From NCBI GenBank assembly GCA_016180855.1, contig JACPAL010000002.1:245788-309787 (forward strand): DNA of 64,000 nt. Reading direction: 5' to 3'. Made by a program: the position numbers and the translations under genes. Under the pieces are notes generated by a model, which did not search any database, was not told the origin of the DNA, and worked only from the letters and a program-made list of their open reading frames with translations. The first letter of the stretch is position 1, and every line of letters starts with the position of its first letter. Shown here piece by piece: positions 46,856 to 57,157 of this stretch. The stretch is from Deltaproteobacteria bacterium. GTDB lineage: Bacteria > UBA10199 > JACPAL01.

Positions 46856-47404
46856 GTGAGATTTTTATTATTGATCGGGATGTTTTTAAATCTCCTCACA
46901 CCTCCCCTGTGGGGTGCTGGGGATCCGGTCGAAGGATTCCGGAAGAGATATCTCTCACGGGAATTTAGATATGAAAAGGAGATGAGTCTTGAGGCCAAGG
47001 ACGGTTTTTTTCCGATTCGTGGCGTTCCTAAAAAGGAAGGAGAGGGGGCTCTCGCCCCGAAGATCATCAAACCAACCATTGCCGTCTTTACGACCAATCT
47101 CGATTTTGAAGGGGTGAGGCGGATGTTTCAATTAAAGAAGGTTGAACTGGAGTTGTGGGACAAAGAGGCGGCGCAAAAACAGAGGGTGAAGCGGCCGCCC
47201 CTCGGTGAAACGAGGGAGGGGCAGGATCATTTGAAGAATCGATTAGAGATACCGAATTACCAGAGCGGTTCAGTCCGGATGGAGGATGGGTCGATCCTCC
47301 TGCTGAAAAGCCATTATTACCACACCAAGGATAAGACCTGGATCAAGAAGACAACAGTTACCTGGATTGGTGTTCCCCCATCACCGTCTCAAACGGTTCA
47401 TTGA
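46856..47404 (+). CDS. small secreted hypothetical protein
   Basis: In-frame GTG gives MRFLLLIGMFLNLLTPPLWGAG, a signal-peptide-like start. The ORF track start at 46595 would overlap the previous gene; the true start is uncertain. Confidence 0.35.
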   Translation: MRFLLLIGMFLNLLTPPLWGAGDPVEGFRKRYLSREFRYEKEMSLEAKDGFFPIRGVPKKEGEGALAPKIIKPTIAVFTTNLDFEGVRRMFQLKKVELELWDKEAAQKQRVKRPPLGETREGQDHLKNRLEIPNYQSGSVRMEDGSILLLKSHYYHTKDKTWIKKTTVTWIGVPPSPSQTVH

Positions 47405-47447
47405 CTTTTTGGGATAGATCCTCAACAAACTGTTAGACACGTTAACG

Positions 47448-48272
47448 ATGTGGCTGGGTAAAATTTTAAAATACAAACAGGAAGAACTGGAGGCGATTAA
47501 GAGAAAGAGATCTCTTAAAGATGTAAGGCTCCAGGCGGAGGATCAAGAGAGAGCACGGGGGTTTGCGGATTCCCTCACCCACCCTTCGGGTCCCCCCTCT
47601 CCCGCAAGGGGAGAGGGTAACAAGGCTTGGATCATTGCCGAGATAAAAAAGGCCTCTCCGTCGGCAGGGCTCCTTCGACCGGAGTATGATCCGATCGGCA
47701 TCGCACAAATGTATGAAGAGAACGGGGCCTCCGCGATCTCTATTCTGACCGATCGGCATTTTTTTCAAGGGGATCTCTCGGATCTCACAAAGGTCCGTCA
47801 GGTCGTCAGGCTGCCTGTTTTAAGGAAAGACTTCATCTTTGATGAGTATCAGATTTATGAGGCACGAGGAGCCGGTGCTGATGCGGTTCTCTTGATTGTG
47901 CGCCTTCTGGAGGGCTCCCAGCTTGAGGATTATCTTGCCTTGGCCCACGGTCTGGGGATGGCGGCGCTCGTGGAGGTTCACGATGAAAACGATTTGAATC
48001 GTGCCGTTTCGTCGGGTGCCGGACTGATCGGTGTCAACAACCGTGATCTCGATTCCCTGAAGACGGATGTTGCGGTGACGGAGCGGCTCGCCCCGAAGGC
48101 CCCGAAAGAATCGCTTCTTGTCTCCGAATCGGGCATTTCAACAAGAAAAGAGGTTGAAAGATTGCAAAAGGTGGGGGTGAACTGTTTTTTGATAGGGGAG
48201 TCGTTGCTTCGAGAAAAAGAGCCGGGACAAGCCCTAAAGGGCTTATTATCCCCACCCTGTCCCTCCCCTTAA
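47448..48272 (+). CDS. trpC: indole-3-glycerol phosphate synthase
   Basis: IAEIKKASPSAG...VLRKDFI motif set. Confidence 0.9.
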   Translation: MWLGKILKYKQEELEAIKRKRSLKDVRLQAEDQERARGFADSLTHPSGPPSPARGEGNKAWIIAEIKKASPSAGLLRPEYDPIGIAQMYEENGASAISILTDRHFFQGDLSDLTKVRQVVRLPVLRKDFIFDEYQIYEARGAGADAVLLIVRLLEGSQLEDYLALAHGLGMAALVEVHDENDLNRAVSSGAGLIGVNNRDLDSLKTDVAVTERLAPKAPKESLLVSESGISTRKEVERLQKVGVNCFLIGESLLREKEPGQALKGLLSPPCPSP

Positions 48273-48297
48273 TTTAAGGGGAGGGTGAGGGAGGGGA
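48250..48297. repeat. REP-like palindromic element variant (CCCTCCCCTT-AATTT-AAGGGGAGGG)
   Basis: A 10-bp perfect stem with an imperfect outer extension overlaps the trpC stop. Confidence 0.5.
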
Positions 48298-48300
48298 TAT

Positions 48301-48915
48301 ATGGTTAAGGTCAAGATCTGCGGCATTACTAATTTGGATGATGCCCTCGATGCGGTGGAGTTTGGTGCCGATGCCTTAGGATTCAACTTCTGGCCCGATT
48401 CACCACGTTTCATCCAGCCGGGGCAGGCCAAGAAAATGATGGAGGATCTCCCCCCCTCTGTCTGGAGGGTCGGGGTCTTTGTGAATGAGGCGTATGAGAA
48501 GGTTCGGGATATCGCTGTGGACCTTGCCCTTGATTACGTCCAGTTTCATGGGGATGAACTCCCCTCCTACTGTGACCAGTTTGCTACCCCGCATTGGAAG
48601 GGGTTTCGCCTGAGAAGTGAAGCAGATCTTGAACTCATGAAAAAATATCATTGTGATTACTTCCTCGTCGATTCTTGCATCGAAAAGATGTACGGTGGAA
48701 CCGGTGTTACTGGGAACTGGGAGTTGGCACGAAAGGCAAAGGAATTCGGCAAGATTTTCCTGGCGGGGGGGCTGACGCCGGAGAACGTGCAGACCGCGAT
48801 TCGTGTGGTCCGACCGGCGGGAGTTGATGTGGCAACCGGTGTCGAGGAGACACCGGGGAGAAAGAACCGGTTCAAGTTAGAGGAGTTTATTACGAAGGCA
48901 AAGGGTGTGTCATAA
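48301..48915 (+). CDS. trpF: phosphoribosylanthranilate isomerase
   Basis: VKICGIT...GADALGFNF PRAI pattern. Confidence 0.85.
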   Translation: MVKVKICGITNLDDALDAVEFGADALGFNFWPDSPRFIQPGQAKKMMEDLPPSVWRVGVFVNEAYEKVRDIAVDLALDYVQFHGDELPSYCDQFATPHWKGFRLRSEADLELMKKYHCDYFLVDSCIEKMYGGTGVTGNWELARKAKEFGKIFLAGGLTPENVQTAIRVVRPAGVDVATGVEETPGRKNRFKLEEFITKAKGVS

Positions 48916-48917
48916 CT

Positions 48918-48962
48918 CACCCCCGGCCCCTCTCTTACATTAAGAGAGGGGAGTTCGGGGGG
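48918..48962. repeat. REP-like GC-rich palindromic element (core CCCCTCTCTTA-CAT-TAAGAGAGGGG, flanked by C5/G6)
   Basis: Same 11-bp arms as the element at 40133..40180. Lies between trpF and trpB. Confidence 0.6.
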
Positions 48963-48999
48963 TATGTGGAAAAAGAGAAATTATTGGGAGGGGGCGTTA

Positions 49000-50142
49000 A
49001 TGAAAGGTCACTTTGGTACGTTTGGTGGCCAATTCGTCGCCGAGACACTCATGCCGGCCTTGAAGGAACTCGAGTTGGCCTACGAGAAGGTAGCCAAGTC
49101 AGCTTCTTTCAAAAAAAGATACCATGAGCTGGCCCGGACCTACGTCGGTCGTCCAACGCCGCTCTATCATGCGCGACATCTCTCTGAAAAACTGAAAGGG
49201 GCCCAGATTTTTCTGAAAAGGGAGGACCTCTGCCACACGGGCGCCCACAAGATCAACAACACGCTCGGTCAGTGTCTGCTTGCGAAAGAGATGGGGAAGC
49301 AGAGGGTCATTGCCGAGACGGGAGCGGGGCAGCATGGTGTAGCAACGGCGACGATGGCCGCCCTGCTGGGACAGGAGTGCGAGGTCTACATGGGAGAAGA
49401 GGACATCCAGCGCCAGTCGCCGAATGTTTTCAGGATGAAAATCCTTGGTGCAAAGGTGATCCCGGTTTTGTCAGGCTCAAGGACCCTGAAGGACGCCCTC
49501 AATGAGGCGCTTCGCGATTGGATCACGAATATCCGGACGACGCATTATTGCATCGGCTCTGTGGCCGGTCCTCATCCTTACCCGACCATGGTGCGTGATT
49601 TTCAATCGGTTATCGGAAAAGAGACAAAAAGGCAGCTTACGAAAACCCCTGATTATCTCATCGCCTGTGTGGGAGGAGGCTCCAACGCGATCGGTCTTTT
49701 TTATCCTTTTTTGAAAGAGCGTCATGTCAGAATGTTTGGGGTTGAGGCGGCTGGGGCGGCGACCCTTTGCAAGGGGCGGGTTGGTGTGCTTCATGGCTCC
49801 AAGTCGTACCTCCTCCAAAACAGCGAAGGGCAGGTGAATGAGACCCACTCCATTTCTGCCGGTCTCGATTATCCGGGAGTAGGACCGGAACATAGTTTTC
49901 TAAAAACAACCGGCAGGGTTCACTATGTGACGGTCAACGACCGACAGGCGATGGAGGGATTTTCTCTTTTGACTGAGACAGAGGGGATCATCCCGGCGCT
50001 TGAGTCATCCCATGCTATTTATTACGCGGGTCGCCTTGCGAGACGTCTGCCCCGAAACAAGGTCATTGTGGTCAATCTCTCCGGACGGGGGGATAAGGAT
50101 CTTGCGACAGCAGCGAGGTATTTGGGGTTATGTCACGCATAA
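49000..50142 (+). CDS. trpB: tryptophan synthase beta chain
   Basis: [13 protein letters not shown] start; the PLP lysine motif HTGAHKINN is present. Start at ATG 49000 behind a G-rich RBS. Confidence 0.9.
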   Translation: MKGHFGTFGGQFVAETLMPALKELELAYEKVAKSASFKKRYHELARTYVGRPTPLYHARHLSEKLKGAQIFLKREDLCHTGAHKINNTLGQCLLAKEMGKQRVIAETGAGQHGVATATMAALLGQECEVYMGEEDIQRQSPNVFRMKILGAKVIPVLSGSRTLKDALNEALRDWITNIRTTHYCIGSVAGPHPYPTMVRDFQSVIGKETKRQLTKTPDYLIACVGGGSNAIGLFYPFLKERHVRMFGVEAAGAATLCKGRVGVLHGSKSYLLQNSEGQVNETHSISAGLDYPGVGPEHSFLKTTGRVHYVTVNDRQAMEGFSLLTETEGIIPALESSHAIYYAGRLARRLPRNKVIVVNLSGRGDKDLATAARYLGLCHA

Positions 50143-50909
50143 ATTTAAAGTTTTGGGAGCTTAAAGCGCAGAAAAAAAAGGCGCTGATTCCGTTTATTGT
50201 GGCCGGCACTCCTTCTCTTAACATCACCAAGAAGCTGATCTTGGCCCTCGAAAAGGTGGGGGCCGACATCATCGAACTCGGTGTCCCTTTTTCCGACCCG
50301 ATGGCGGATGGTCCGGTGATCCAGAGGGCGAGTGAGAAGTCACTCGCTGCCGGGACAAGTTTAAAAAAGATCCTCGGCCTTATCAGAGACGTTCGAAGAG
50401 AGACAGAGATTCCGATCTTGCTCATGGGATATTACAACCCGATTCTCTCCTACGGTCTCCGACGTTATGCGGTTGATGCCGCGCGTGCCGGGGTTGATGC
50501 GACATTGGTGGTTGATCTCCCCCCTGAAGAATCTCTCGAATTGGATCGTGAGTTAAAGAGGGTTGGGATTGATCTGATTTATCTCCTGGCCCCCACGTCA
50601 GGAAGGGAACGGATCCGGCTTGTCGCCAAGAGGGGGAGGGGATTTATCTATTTCGTTTCAATGACCGGTGTGACCGGTTCACGACTTAAAAACCGGCCGG
50701 AGATCAAAGGCCACGTGGCGTTGATACGTCGCCACACAGGTCTTCCGATTGCCGTTGGCTTTGGTGTGAAATCCCCCTCTGACGCGAGACAGGTCGCGCG
50801 CCTTGCCGATGGTGTTGTTATCGGGAGTGAGTTGGTGAGGAGGATCTCATCGTCATCTCACCCCCTTCGTGCCGCGGGCTCTTTTTTGAGTGCAATCGGA
50901 AAGATCTAG
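50130..50909 (+). CDS. trpA: tryptophan synthase alpha chain
   Basis: [13 protein letters not shown]...[15 protein letters not shown] signature. Overlaps the trpB end. Confidence 0.9.
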   Translation: MSRINLKFWELKAQKKKALIPFIVAGTPSLNITKKLILALEKVGADIIELGVPFSDPMADGPVIQRASEKSLAAGTSLKKILGLIRDVRRETEIPILLMGYYNPILSYGLRRYAVDAARAGVDATLVVDLPPEESLELDRELKRVGIDLIYLLAPTSGRERIRLVAKRGRGFIYFVSMTGVTGSRLKNRPEIKGHVALIRRHTGLPIAVGFGVKSPSDARQVARLADGVVIGSELVRRISSSSHPLRAAGSFLSAIGKI

Positions 50910-50932
50910 GGGCAGGCCTAAATGCCTGCCCC
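50909..50932 (+). terminator. hairpin GGGGCAGGC-ctaaat-GCCTGCCCC after trpA
   Basis: A 9-bp perfect stem starts at the trpA stop codon. Confidence 0.4.
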
Positions 50933-50959
50933 CACCGCCACCCACAACTTTTCCTTGTT

Positions 50960-51538
50960 TTGACCGAAAATAAACCCATGGGATTGATCGGCAGCAAAAC
51001 GTTTCCTGTCAGAGGTGTTTTACACGACAGCCTCCACAACCTCTCTCAAATTATTGCCTCTGTGAGTTGCGACAAGCTGTTACCGTTGGTCCGTGAGAAG
51101 CCTTTGACAGAGGAATTCAGGGCACAACTCTTGAGCAGATACCGCCAGGCCCACGAGGATTTGGCAACGGTTCTCGGTCGGTTTGATCCAACACGAAATC
51201 CCACCGTGAAAAGGGAAGAGCTGGCACTTTATATTGGTTATCTGGATCGTCTCTTCAGCGAGGCCGCCTCAACGCTGGATGCCTCGGATCAAATATCCGC
51301 TTATCAGACGATCGGTGACCTTTTAACCCGTTGCCGGCCTGTCCGAAATTTGGATAACAATCTGTGTCTTTACACCGCCTGGCGGCAGTCAGCGGATCGC
51401 GTTCGCAGATTTGATCTGGGCCAAATTTTAGGGGCCCTTCTCACCTTTGCCCGCGAGACCCGTCCCGAGTTTTTGCAGCCGGGGACCTTGTCGGTTTTTG
51501 CAGGTGGAGTTTCTTGCGCAACAAGAGGGGCGTTGTGA
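50960..51538 (+). CDS. hypothetical protein (192 aa)
   Basis: ORF with consistent codon usage; no recognisable motif. Confidence 0.4.
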   Translation: MTENKPMGLIGSKTFPVRGVLHDSLHNLSQIIASVSCDKLLPLVREKPLTEEFRAQLLSRYRQAHEDLATVLGRFDPTRNPTVKREELALYIGYLDRLFSEAASTLDASDQISAYQTIGDLLTRCRPVRNLDNNLCLYTAWRQSADRVRRFDLGQILGALLTFARETRPEFLQPGTLSVFAGGVSCATRGAL

Positions 51539-52104
51539 CGATAACTTCACTGATGTCGATCGACAGCCTCCAACAACTTGCCCGCCTCTGTGAAGAGGCA
51601 GGGGAATACGCCTCCTGGCTTGGTGATGAGATCGAAGAGGCGAACTGGGGGGATGATTGGAATCGGCCTCGACCTCGTCCGCTCCGTGGTGGGTGGGTTC
51701 ATTTTACAAAGTTGGATCAGGAGTTTACCGAACCGGCTGTGGCGGTCCTGCATGAGGCAAAGATGCACCGCATCGTCGAAACGTTACGCAGTTTCTCCGG
51801 CGGAGAGGGCGCCTCTGGAAGGCTCCACAGGACGTTTGCGGGATTTGGCCATCTTGTTCCGTGGGCTGATGAGGGAGATCTCCTGGCCCGCTCTTTTACC
51901 CATCCGGTCGGTGGGGCGGCGTACCAGTTGGGTCAAAGACTTAAATTAAGGGCCTACGAGTTGCAACAGTTACGCCTGCAGATCGTGGCCGAGATCGAAT
52001 CACTTGCTCGTTTGGGGAAGGGCGGGACTGCTGCCCCGATGGCAGCTCTAGTGGGAGTTCTCGTATTAACAGGAATTTTCTCCCAGATAAGACACACAGA
52101 GTAA
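51514..52104 (+). CDS. hypothetical protein (196 aa) with C-terminal TM helix
   Basis: Overlaps the previous ORF, which is operon-like. Confidence 0.4.
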   Translation: MRNKRGVVTITSLMSIDSLQQLARLCEEAGEYASWLGDEIEEANWGDDWNRPRPRPLRGGWVHFTKLDQEFTEPAVAVLHEAKMHRIVETLRSFSGGEGASGRLHRTFAGFGHLVPWADEGDLLARSFTHPVGGAAYQLGQRLKLRAYELQQLRLQIVAEIESLARLGKGGTAAPMAALVGVLVLTGIFSQIRHTE

Positions 52105-52121
52105 GGAGTTAAACAACAAAC

Positions 52122-52577
52122 ATGGTTGTTGATTCCAGAACACAAGTTCTAGGTTACTTAACGCAGGGAGCTCAATCCCTCATGCGGGTCTTGGACGAGA
52201 GGAGTAAGATTCCTGGGGTTTTTCTCAAAGTCTTGGAGCCGGGGGAAGCAGCAGAGGTTGCTCGGGAGCTCAGGGCGTTGTTAGGGCAGAGGGATCCACT
52301 CAGACTTGCGCTCGGTCTTCGGTCGTCAAGAGCTTACCAATTTTATCAAAGCGACCTGACGTGCCCCTCCATTTTCGGAAGGGTTGTAGAGGCTGTTAGG
52401 GAGGGTGGAGTTGAAAGAGGAGCGAGGACTATCTACGATTATGAGGTCGATATGGTTAATTTTTATACCTCCGTTTTGTCCTTCTCTCCTGGTATCTCAT
52501 TCGAGGCGGGTGTGGGGGTTATTTCTGGGATAAGAGAATGTTTCTGGATGCCTCCTGTTCACCTGATTTGGAGTTAA
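52122..52577 (+). CDS. hypothetical protein (151 aa)
   Basis: ORF only. Confidence 0.35.
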   Translation: MVVDSRTQVLGYLTQGAQSLMRVLDERSKIPGVFLKVLEPGEAAEVARELRALLGQRDPLRLALGLRSSRAYQFYQSDLTCPSIFGRVVEAVREGGVERGARTIYDYEVDMVNFYTSVLSFSPGISFEAGVGVISGIRECFWMPPVHLIWS

Positions 52578-52645
52578 ATATTTCGCCAAATCTATTCTGC
52601 TAAAAACAGTTGCGCCTTCTCTTCTTTCCGCTAAAAAAGCGGTTG

Positions 52646-55075
52646 ATGACAACCCTCTACCATCCTCACGAAATAGAGCCGAAATGGCAGAACGTTTGGG
52701 AAGAGCAGAAGGTCTTTAAGGTAACAGAAGATCCTTCCCGCAAGAAATATTATTGTCTTGAGATGCTTCCCTATCCCTCCGGTCGAATCCACATGGGGCA
52801 TGTCCGAAATTATTCGATCGGCGATGTAGTCGCTCGCTACAAGAGGATGAGGGGGTTCAACGTCCTTCACCCGATGGGCTGGGATGCGTTCGGGATGCCT
52901 GCGGAGAATGCGGCCATTGCCCACAAAACCCACCCCGCTCAATGGACCCAACAGAATATCCGGACGATGAAGAGTCAGCTCCAACGGATGGGGTTTTCCT
53001 ACGATTGGGACCGCGAGATAGCGACCTCGGAACCGGATTACTACAAATGGGAGCAGCTCCTCTTTCTGAGGCTCTACGAAAAACGATTGGCCTACAAGAA
53101 GAGGTCATTCGTCAATTGGTGTGATTCCTGTCAGACCGTTCTGGCCAATGAGCAGGTGGAGGGGGGAAAATGCTGGCGTTGCGATTCGACGATCCTGCTC
53201 CGCCCCTTGGAGCAGTGGTTTTTGAAGATCACCGCGTATGCCAGGGAACTTCGTGAAGAGACCCATAAACTCAAGGGCTGGCCGGAAAAGGTTCTTGCGA
53301 TGCAACGGGAGTGGATTGGGGAGAGTGAGGGGGCGATGGTTCGCTTTCCCATCGAGGAGAGCCCAAAGGAATCGATAGAAATTTTTACGACACGACCGGA
53401 TACCCTTTTTGGAGTCACCTTTCTTTCACTTGCTGCGGAACATCCCCTTGTTCTGGAACTGTCCAAAGGCGCCTCTCAGGAGGCAGAGGTTAGAAGGTTT
53501 ATTGAGAAGGTTGCCAGGATCGATCGCACCAAAAGGCTTGCGGGAGAGTATGAAAAAGAGGGGGTTTTTACCGGCGCCACCTGTCTCCATCCGCTGAACA
53601 ATCGCCGTCTGCCAATTTACGCCGCCAACTTTGTCCTCATGGAGTACGGGACCGGGGCCGTCATGGCGGTCCCGGCGCACGACCAGAGGGATTTTGAGTT
53701 TGCCAGAAAATATGGTCTGCCGATTGAGGTCGTGATCCAGCCTTCCGCCACGGAACCGCTTCATCCTCAAACGATGAAAGAGGCGTATGTTGAACCGGGT
53801 GTCATGGCAAATTCCGGGCGGTTCGATGGAATCCCCTCCGAAACGGCGAAGGGCCAGATTGTGGCGAGTCTGGGATCCTGCGGAGAGAAATCGACGATCT
53901 ACAAGCTTCGTGACTGGGGGATCAGTCGTCAACGATACTGGGGGGCACCGATTCCGATCCTCTACTGCCCCAATTGCGGTGAGGTTCCGGTGCCTGAGAA
54001 GGACCTGCCGGTTGTTCTTCCGACGGATGTCGCGTTTACGGGGACTGGCGGGTCGCCGCTCAAAAAGGTGGAATCTTTTCTTAAGACACCCTGTCCCAAC
54101 TGTCCCGGGACGGCGACGCGGGAGACCGACACGATGGATACCTTCATGGAATCCTCCTGGTATTTTCTCCGGTATTGCTCGCCTCATCATGACCGGGGGA
54201 TGTTCGATCCAAAACAGGTCGATTACTGGATGCCGGTCGATCAATACATTGGTGGTGTGGAGCATGCGGTGCTTCACCTCCTCTATGCCCGTTTCTTTTC
54301 AAAGGTGCTTCGGGATATCGGCTGGCACCATCTGAGCGAGCCTTTTGAAAACCTCCTGACGCAAGGGATGGTGATCAAGGATGGGGCCAAGATGAGCAAG
54401 TCGAAGGGGAACGTTGTTGATCCGGATGCGTTGATCGAAAAATACGGTGCGGATACCGTCAGGTTCTTCTCCCTGTTTGCCGCTCCTCCGGAAAAGGATC
54501 TTGATTGGAGTGAATCCGGTGTGGAAGGGGGGGTGCGTTTTTTAAGAAGGGTCTGGACCCTGATGGACCGGCTTATTTCTAAGGGAGAGTTTGCCGAGCG
54601 GGAATCCCCGGAAGAAAAGAGAAAGGTTCACCAGACGATCAAGAAGGTGACCGGGGATCTTGAAGAATTCCATTTTAACACGGCGATCGCCTCGCTCATG
54701 GAACTGCACAATTTTTTTCATGACTCAAAAATTGTTCCCTCGAAGAAGAGCCTCGAAACTTTCATCCTGTTGCTCACCCCCTTTGTCCCCCATTTTTGTG
54801 AGGAGCTCTGGCGCCTTTTGGGCCGCCAGGAGCTGGTCAGTACCGCCTCGTGGCCCTCCTATGAAGAGGAGGCGGTTCGGGCGGAGAGAGTGACCTTTGT
54901 CGTTCAGGTGAACGGGACCCTGCGTGCGCGGCTTGAAGTTGCTGTTGGGTTGTCCGAGGAGGCGGTTCGGGAGCTGGCCTTGAAAGAGGAAAACGTCGTT
55001 AAACACCTGGCCAGAAAAAAGGTTGTAAAGACGATCTTTGTTCCCAATCGCCTCATGAATCTGGTGGTCCAGTGA
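52646..55075 (+). CDS. leuS: leucine--tRNA ligase
   Basis: HMGH and KMSKS motifs; N-terminus [15 protein letters not shown] parallels E. coli LeuS. Confidence 0.95.
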   Translation: MTTLYHPHEIEPKWQNVWEEQKVFKVTEDPSRKKYYCLEMLPYPSGRIHMGHVRNYSIGDVVARYKRMRGFNVLHPMGWDAFGMPAENAAIAHKTHPAQWTQQNIRTMKSQLQRMGFSYDWDREIATSEPDYYKWEQLLFLRLYEKRLAYKKRSFVNWCDSCQTVLANEQVEGGKCWRCDSTILLRPLEQWFLKITAYARELREETHKLKGWPEKVLAMQREWIGESEGAMVRFPIEESPKESIEIFTTRPDTLFGVTFLSLAAEHPLVLELSKGASQEAEVRRFIEKVARIDRTKRLAGEYEKEGVFTGATCLHPLNNRRLPIYAANFVLMEYGTGAVMAVPAHDQRDFEFARKYGLPIEVVIQPSATEPLHPQTMKEAYVEPGVMANSGRFDGIPSETAKGQIVASLGSCGEKSTIYKLRDWGISRQRYWGAPIPILYCPNCGEVPVPEKDLPVVLPTDVAFTGTGGSPLKKVESFLKTPCPNCPGTATRETDTMDTFMESSWYFLRYCSPHHDRGMFDPKQVDYWMPVDQYIGGVEHAVLHLLYARFFSKVLRDIGWHHLSEPFENLLTQGMVIKDGAKMSKSKGNVVDPDALIEKYGADTVRFFSLFAAPPEKDLDWSESGVEGGVRFLRRVWTLMDRLISKGEFAERESPEEKRKVHQTIKKVTGDLEEFHFNTAIASLMELHNFFHDSKIVPSKKSLETFILLLTPFVPHFCEELWRLLGRQELVSTASWPSYEEEAVRAERVTFVVQVNGTLRARLEVAVGLSEEAVRELALKEENVVKHLARKKVVKTIFVPNRLMNLVVQ

Positions 55076-55977
55076 TTTACGTCCTGACGGGAGACCCTTT
55101 TCTGACAGAGCGGTCCCTAAAAAATCTCAAGGTGAAACTTCTTGGCCAGGAGTTGGTGACACCTGACAGCATGCGGGTCATGGGAGGTGATGAACTGGAG
55201 GCTCGTGATCTCCTCGAATCGGCCCGTTCTCTCTCTCTGTTTTCAAAAAAAGCTGTTTTGATCGTGCGTGGGGCGGAGGATATCCGGAAAGAGGAACTGG
55301 AGAGACTGAAGGGGCATGTCCAGGAATTGGTGAACGGAGGGGAGCTTGTTTTTGTTGCCGAGAAGCTCGACCGCAAAATCAGTTTTTGGCAGGAAGTCGT
55401 CTCTGTGGCAAAGTGGCAGGAGCTTAAGGCCCTTTACCCTCGTGAGATTCCAGCCTGGATCAAGGCGGAGTGTGAGAAAAGAGGAAAACAGGTCAGTCCG
55501 GCGGCTGCAAGTTTTCTCGCGGAGAGGTATGGGGCGGAGCTTGGGTTGTTATCATCAACACTCGAGAAAGCTTTTTTGCTTATGCCGGATCAGCCGGAGA
55601 TCAGCCTGGAGCTCGCTCGGGAGTGTTGTGAGTCGATCACCTGGAAGAGCCTGTTTGAACTAAGTGATGCAGTTGGCTCCAAAAATCTCCCCCGGGCACT
55701 TCAGCTTTTCCGGCAAATGACGCTGTCTGGAGAGTCGGAGGTGGGGCTCCTGGCGCTTCTGGCGAGACACTTTCGTATTCTCAAAAAGGTAAAGGAAACC
55801 GGACAGGGGGCACCCCCTTATTTTCTTCCTCAGTATCAGAGGCAGGCCTCTTCTTTTTCCCATGAAAAACTGATGCAGGCGCACGAACGTTTCTTCCGGA
55901 TTGATTGGGATCTGAAGAGCTCCCCCTTGCCGCAGAAAATCCTGTTGGAGAAACTTCTTCTCAACCTTTGTCAGTAG
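55072..55977 (+). CDS. holA: DNA polymerase III delta subunit
   Basis: [11 protein letters not shown] start typical of HolA; GTG start overlaps the leuS stop. The leuS-holA pairing is conserved. Confidence 0.75.
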   Translation: MIYVLTGDPFLTERSLKNLKVKLLGQELVTPDSMRVMGGDELEARDLLESARSLSLFSKKAVLIVRGAEDIRKEELERLKGHVQELVNGGELVFVAEKLDRKISFWQEVVSVAKWQELKALYPREIPAWIKAECEKRGKQVSPAAASFLAERYGAELGLLSSTLEKAFLLMPDQPEISLELARECCESITWKSLFELSDAVGSKNLPRALQLFRQMTLSGESEVGLLALLARHFRILKKVKETGQGAPPYFLPQYQRQASSFSHEKLMQAHERFFRIDWDLKSSPLPQKILLEKLLLNLCQ

Positions 55978-55987
55978 GAAAGACGAA

Positions 55988-56308
55988 TCAGGATTGTAAC
56001 GAGGAGACAAGACTCGACAGACGCGAGGTCTGTCTTGAGGCATAGCCACGGTGGACAATCTTTTTGGTGGCGGCCCTTGAGAGTTGGGACATCACCTCTC
56101 TCAAGGAGGTCTCGGCACCCGCCTTATTTTTTGCTTGGACGGCAGAGAGAACCTTCTTCATCGTATTCTTAATCTCCGACATGACGCTTTGATTCCGCTC
56201 AGCTCGCTTCAGGCTCTGCCGGTGTCTCTTGATGGCGGAGCGATGCCTTCCCTTGACGAGCTTCCTCTTTTTCTGACTTGCGGCCTGTGCCTGTTTCTGT
56301 TCTGCCAT
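55988..56308 (-). CDS. rpsT: 30S ribosomal protein S20
   Basis: Basic helical protein (KKRKLVKGRHRSAIKRHRQSLKRAERNQS) matching the S20 pattern. Confidence 0.8.
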   Translation of the reverse strand: MAEQKQAQAASQKKRKLVKGRHRSAIKRHRQSLKRAERNQSVMSEIKNTMKKVLSAVQAKNKAGAETSLREVMSQLSRAATKKIVHRGYASRQTSRLSSLVSSLQS

Positions 56309-56372
56309 AGAGGAGGGGACGGATACTTGGGAAGGAGGGGAAAGTCAATCGAAGAGTTCCCGCCCGGGGGCT

Positions 56373-57056
56373 CTACAGCTTGAGTGAAAAGGGGGTAAAA
56401 TCGGTACGGCGGTCAAAGAAATCTTCCCGTTCGGCTTTTTTAAGAAAATTAACAAAACGATAGGTGACCGGTGTTAGAACGACCTCCCAGACAACTTTCA
56501 GGAGATAGTTGGTCGCCATCACCTTGAGAACGAGCTCGTTTTCCCAGAGCCCCCAGAAGGCGAGCGGGTAAAAAATGAGAGAATCGACCCCTTCCCCGAC
56601 GAAGGTAGAACCGATCGTTCGCATCCATAAGAAGCGGCCTTTCGTCAGGATCTTCATTCGGGCAAGGATATAGGAATTGGAGAACTCTCCTGCAAAGAAG
56701 GCGAGGAGTGAAGAGAGGGCGATTCGAGGTGTCATGGAAAAGATGGTTTCATAGGCATTTTGATAGGGCCAGTTTTTGGCCGGTGGAAGTTTCACGATAA
56801 GCCAGCTAAAGAGGGAGGCAAAGAGGAGCGCCCCAAAACCGCTCCAGACGACTCGTCGTGACCGGGCATAACCGTACACCTCGGTCAGGACATCTCCAAA
56901 AATATAGCTGACGGGAAAAACAAGGATTCCAGCCCCAAAGTCAAATCCGCCAATTGAGGCGACCTTTGAGGCGCTGATGATGTTGGAACAAAGAAGGATC
57001 GTGACGAAGGTTGCCATCAATAAATCGTAGTATTTGTAAGGCCTGTCCATAGACAT
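56373..57056 (-). CDS. YhhQ-family queuosine-precursor transporter
   Basis: DUF165/VUT family signature FPVSYIFGDVLTEVYGY with six TM helices. Confidence 0.75.
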   Translation of the reverse strand: MSMDRPYKYYDLLMATFVTILLCSNIISASKVASIGGFDFGAGILVFPVSYIFGDVLTEVYGYARSRRVVWSGFGALLFASLFSWLIVKLPPAKNWPYQNAYETIFSMTPRIALSSLLAFFAGEFSNSYILARMKILTKGRFLWMRTIGSTFVGEGVDSLIFYPLAFWGLWENELVLKVMATNYLLKVVWEVVLTPVTYRFVNFLKKAEREDFFDRRTDFTPFSLKL

Positions 57057-57157
57057 TCTTATGTATGAAGGGGGGGTAGAATATCAAATCCTGAATTTTA
57101 TTTTTTACCTCATTAATTGTCGTGACTTTTCGACCCTCCTAAGCCATTTTTTGAGGC

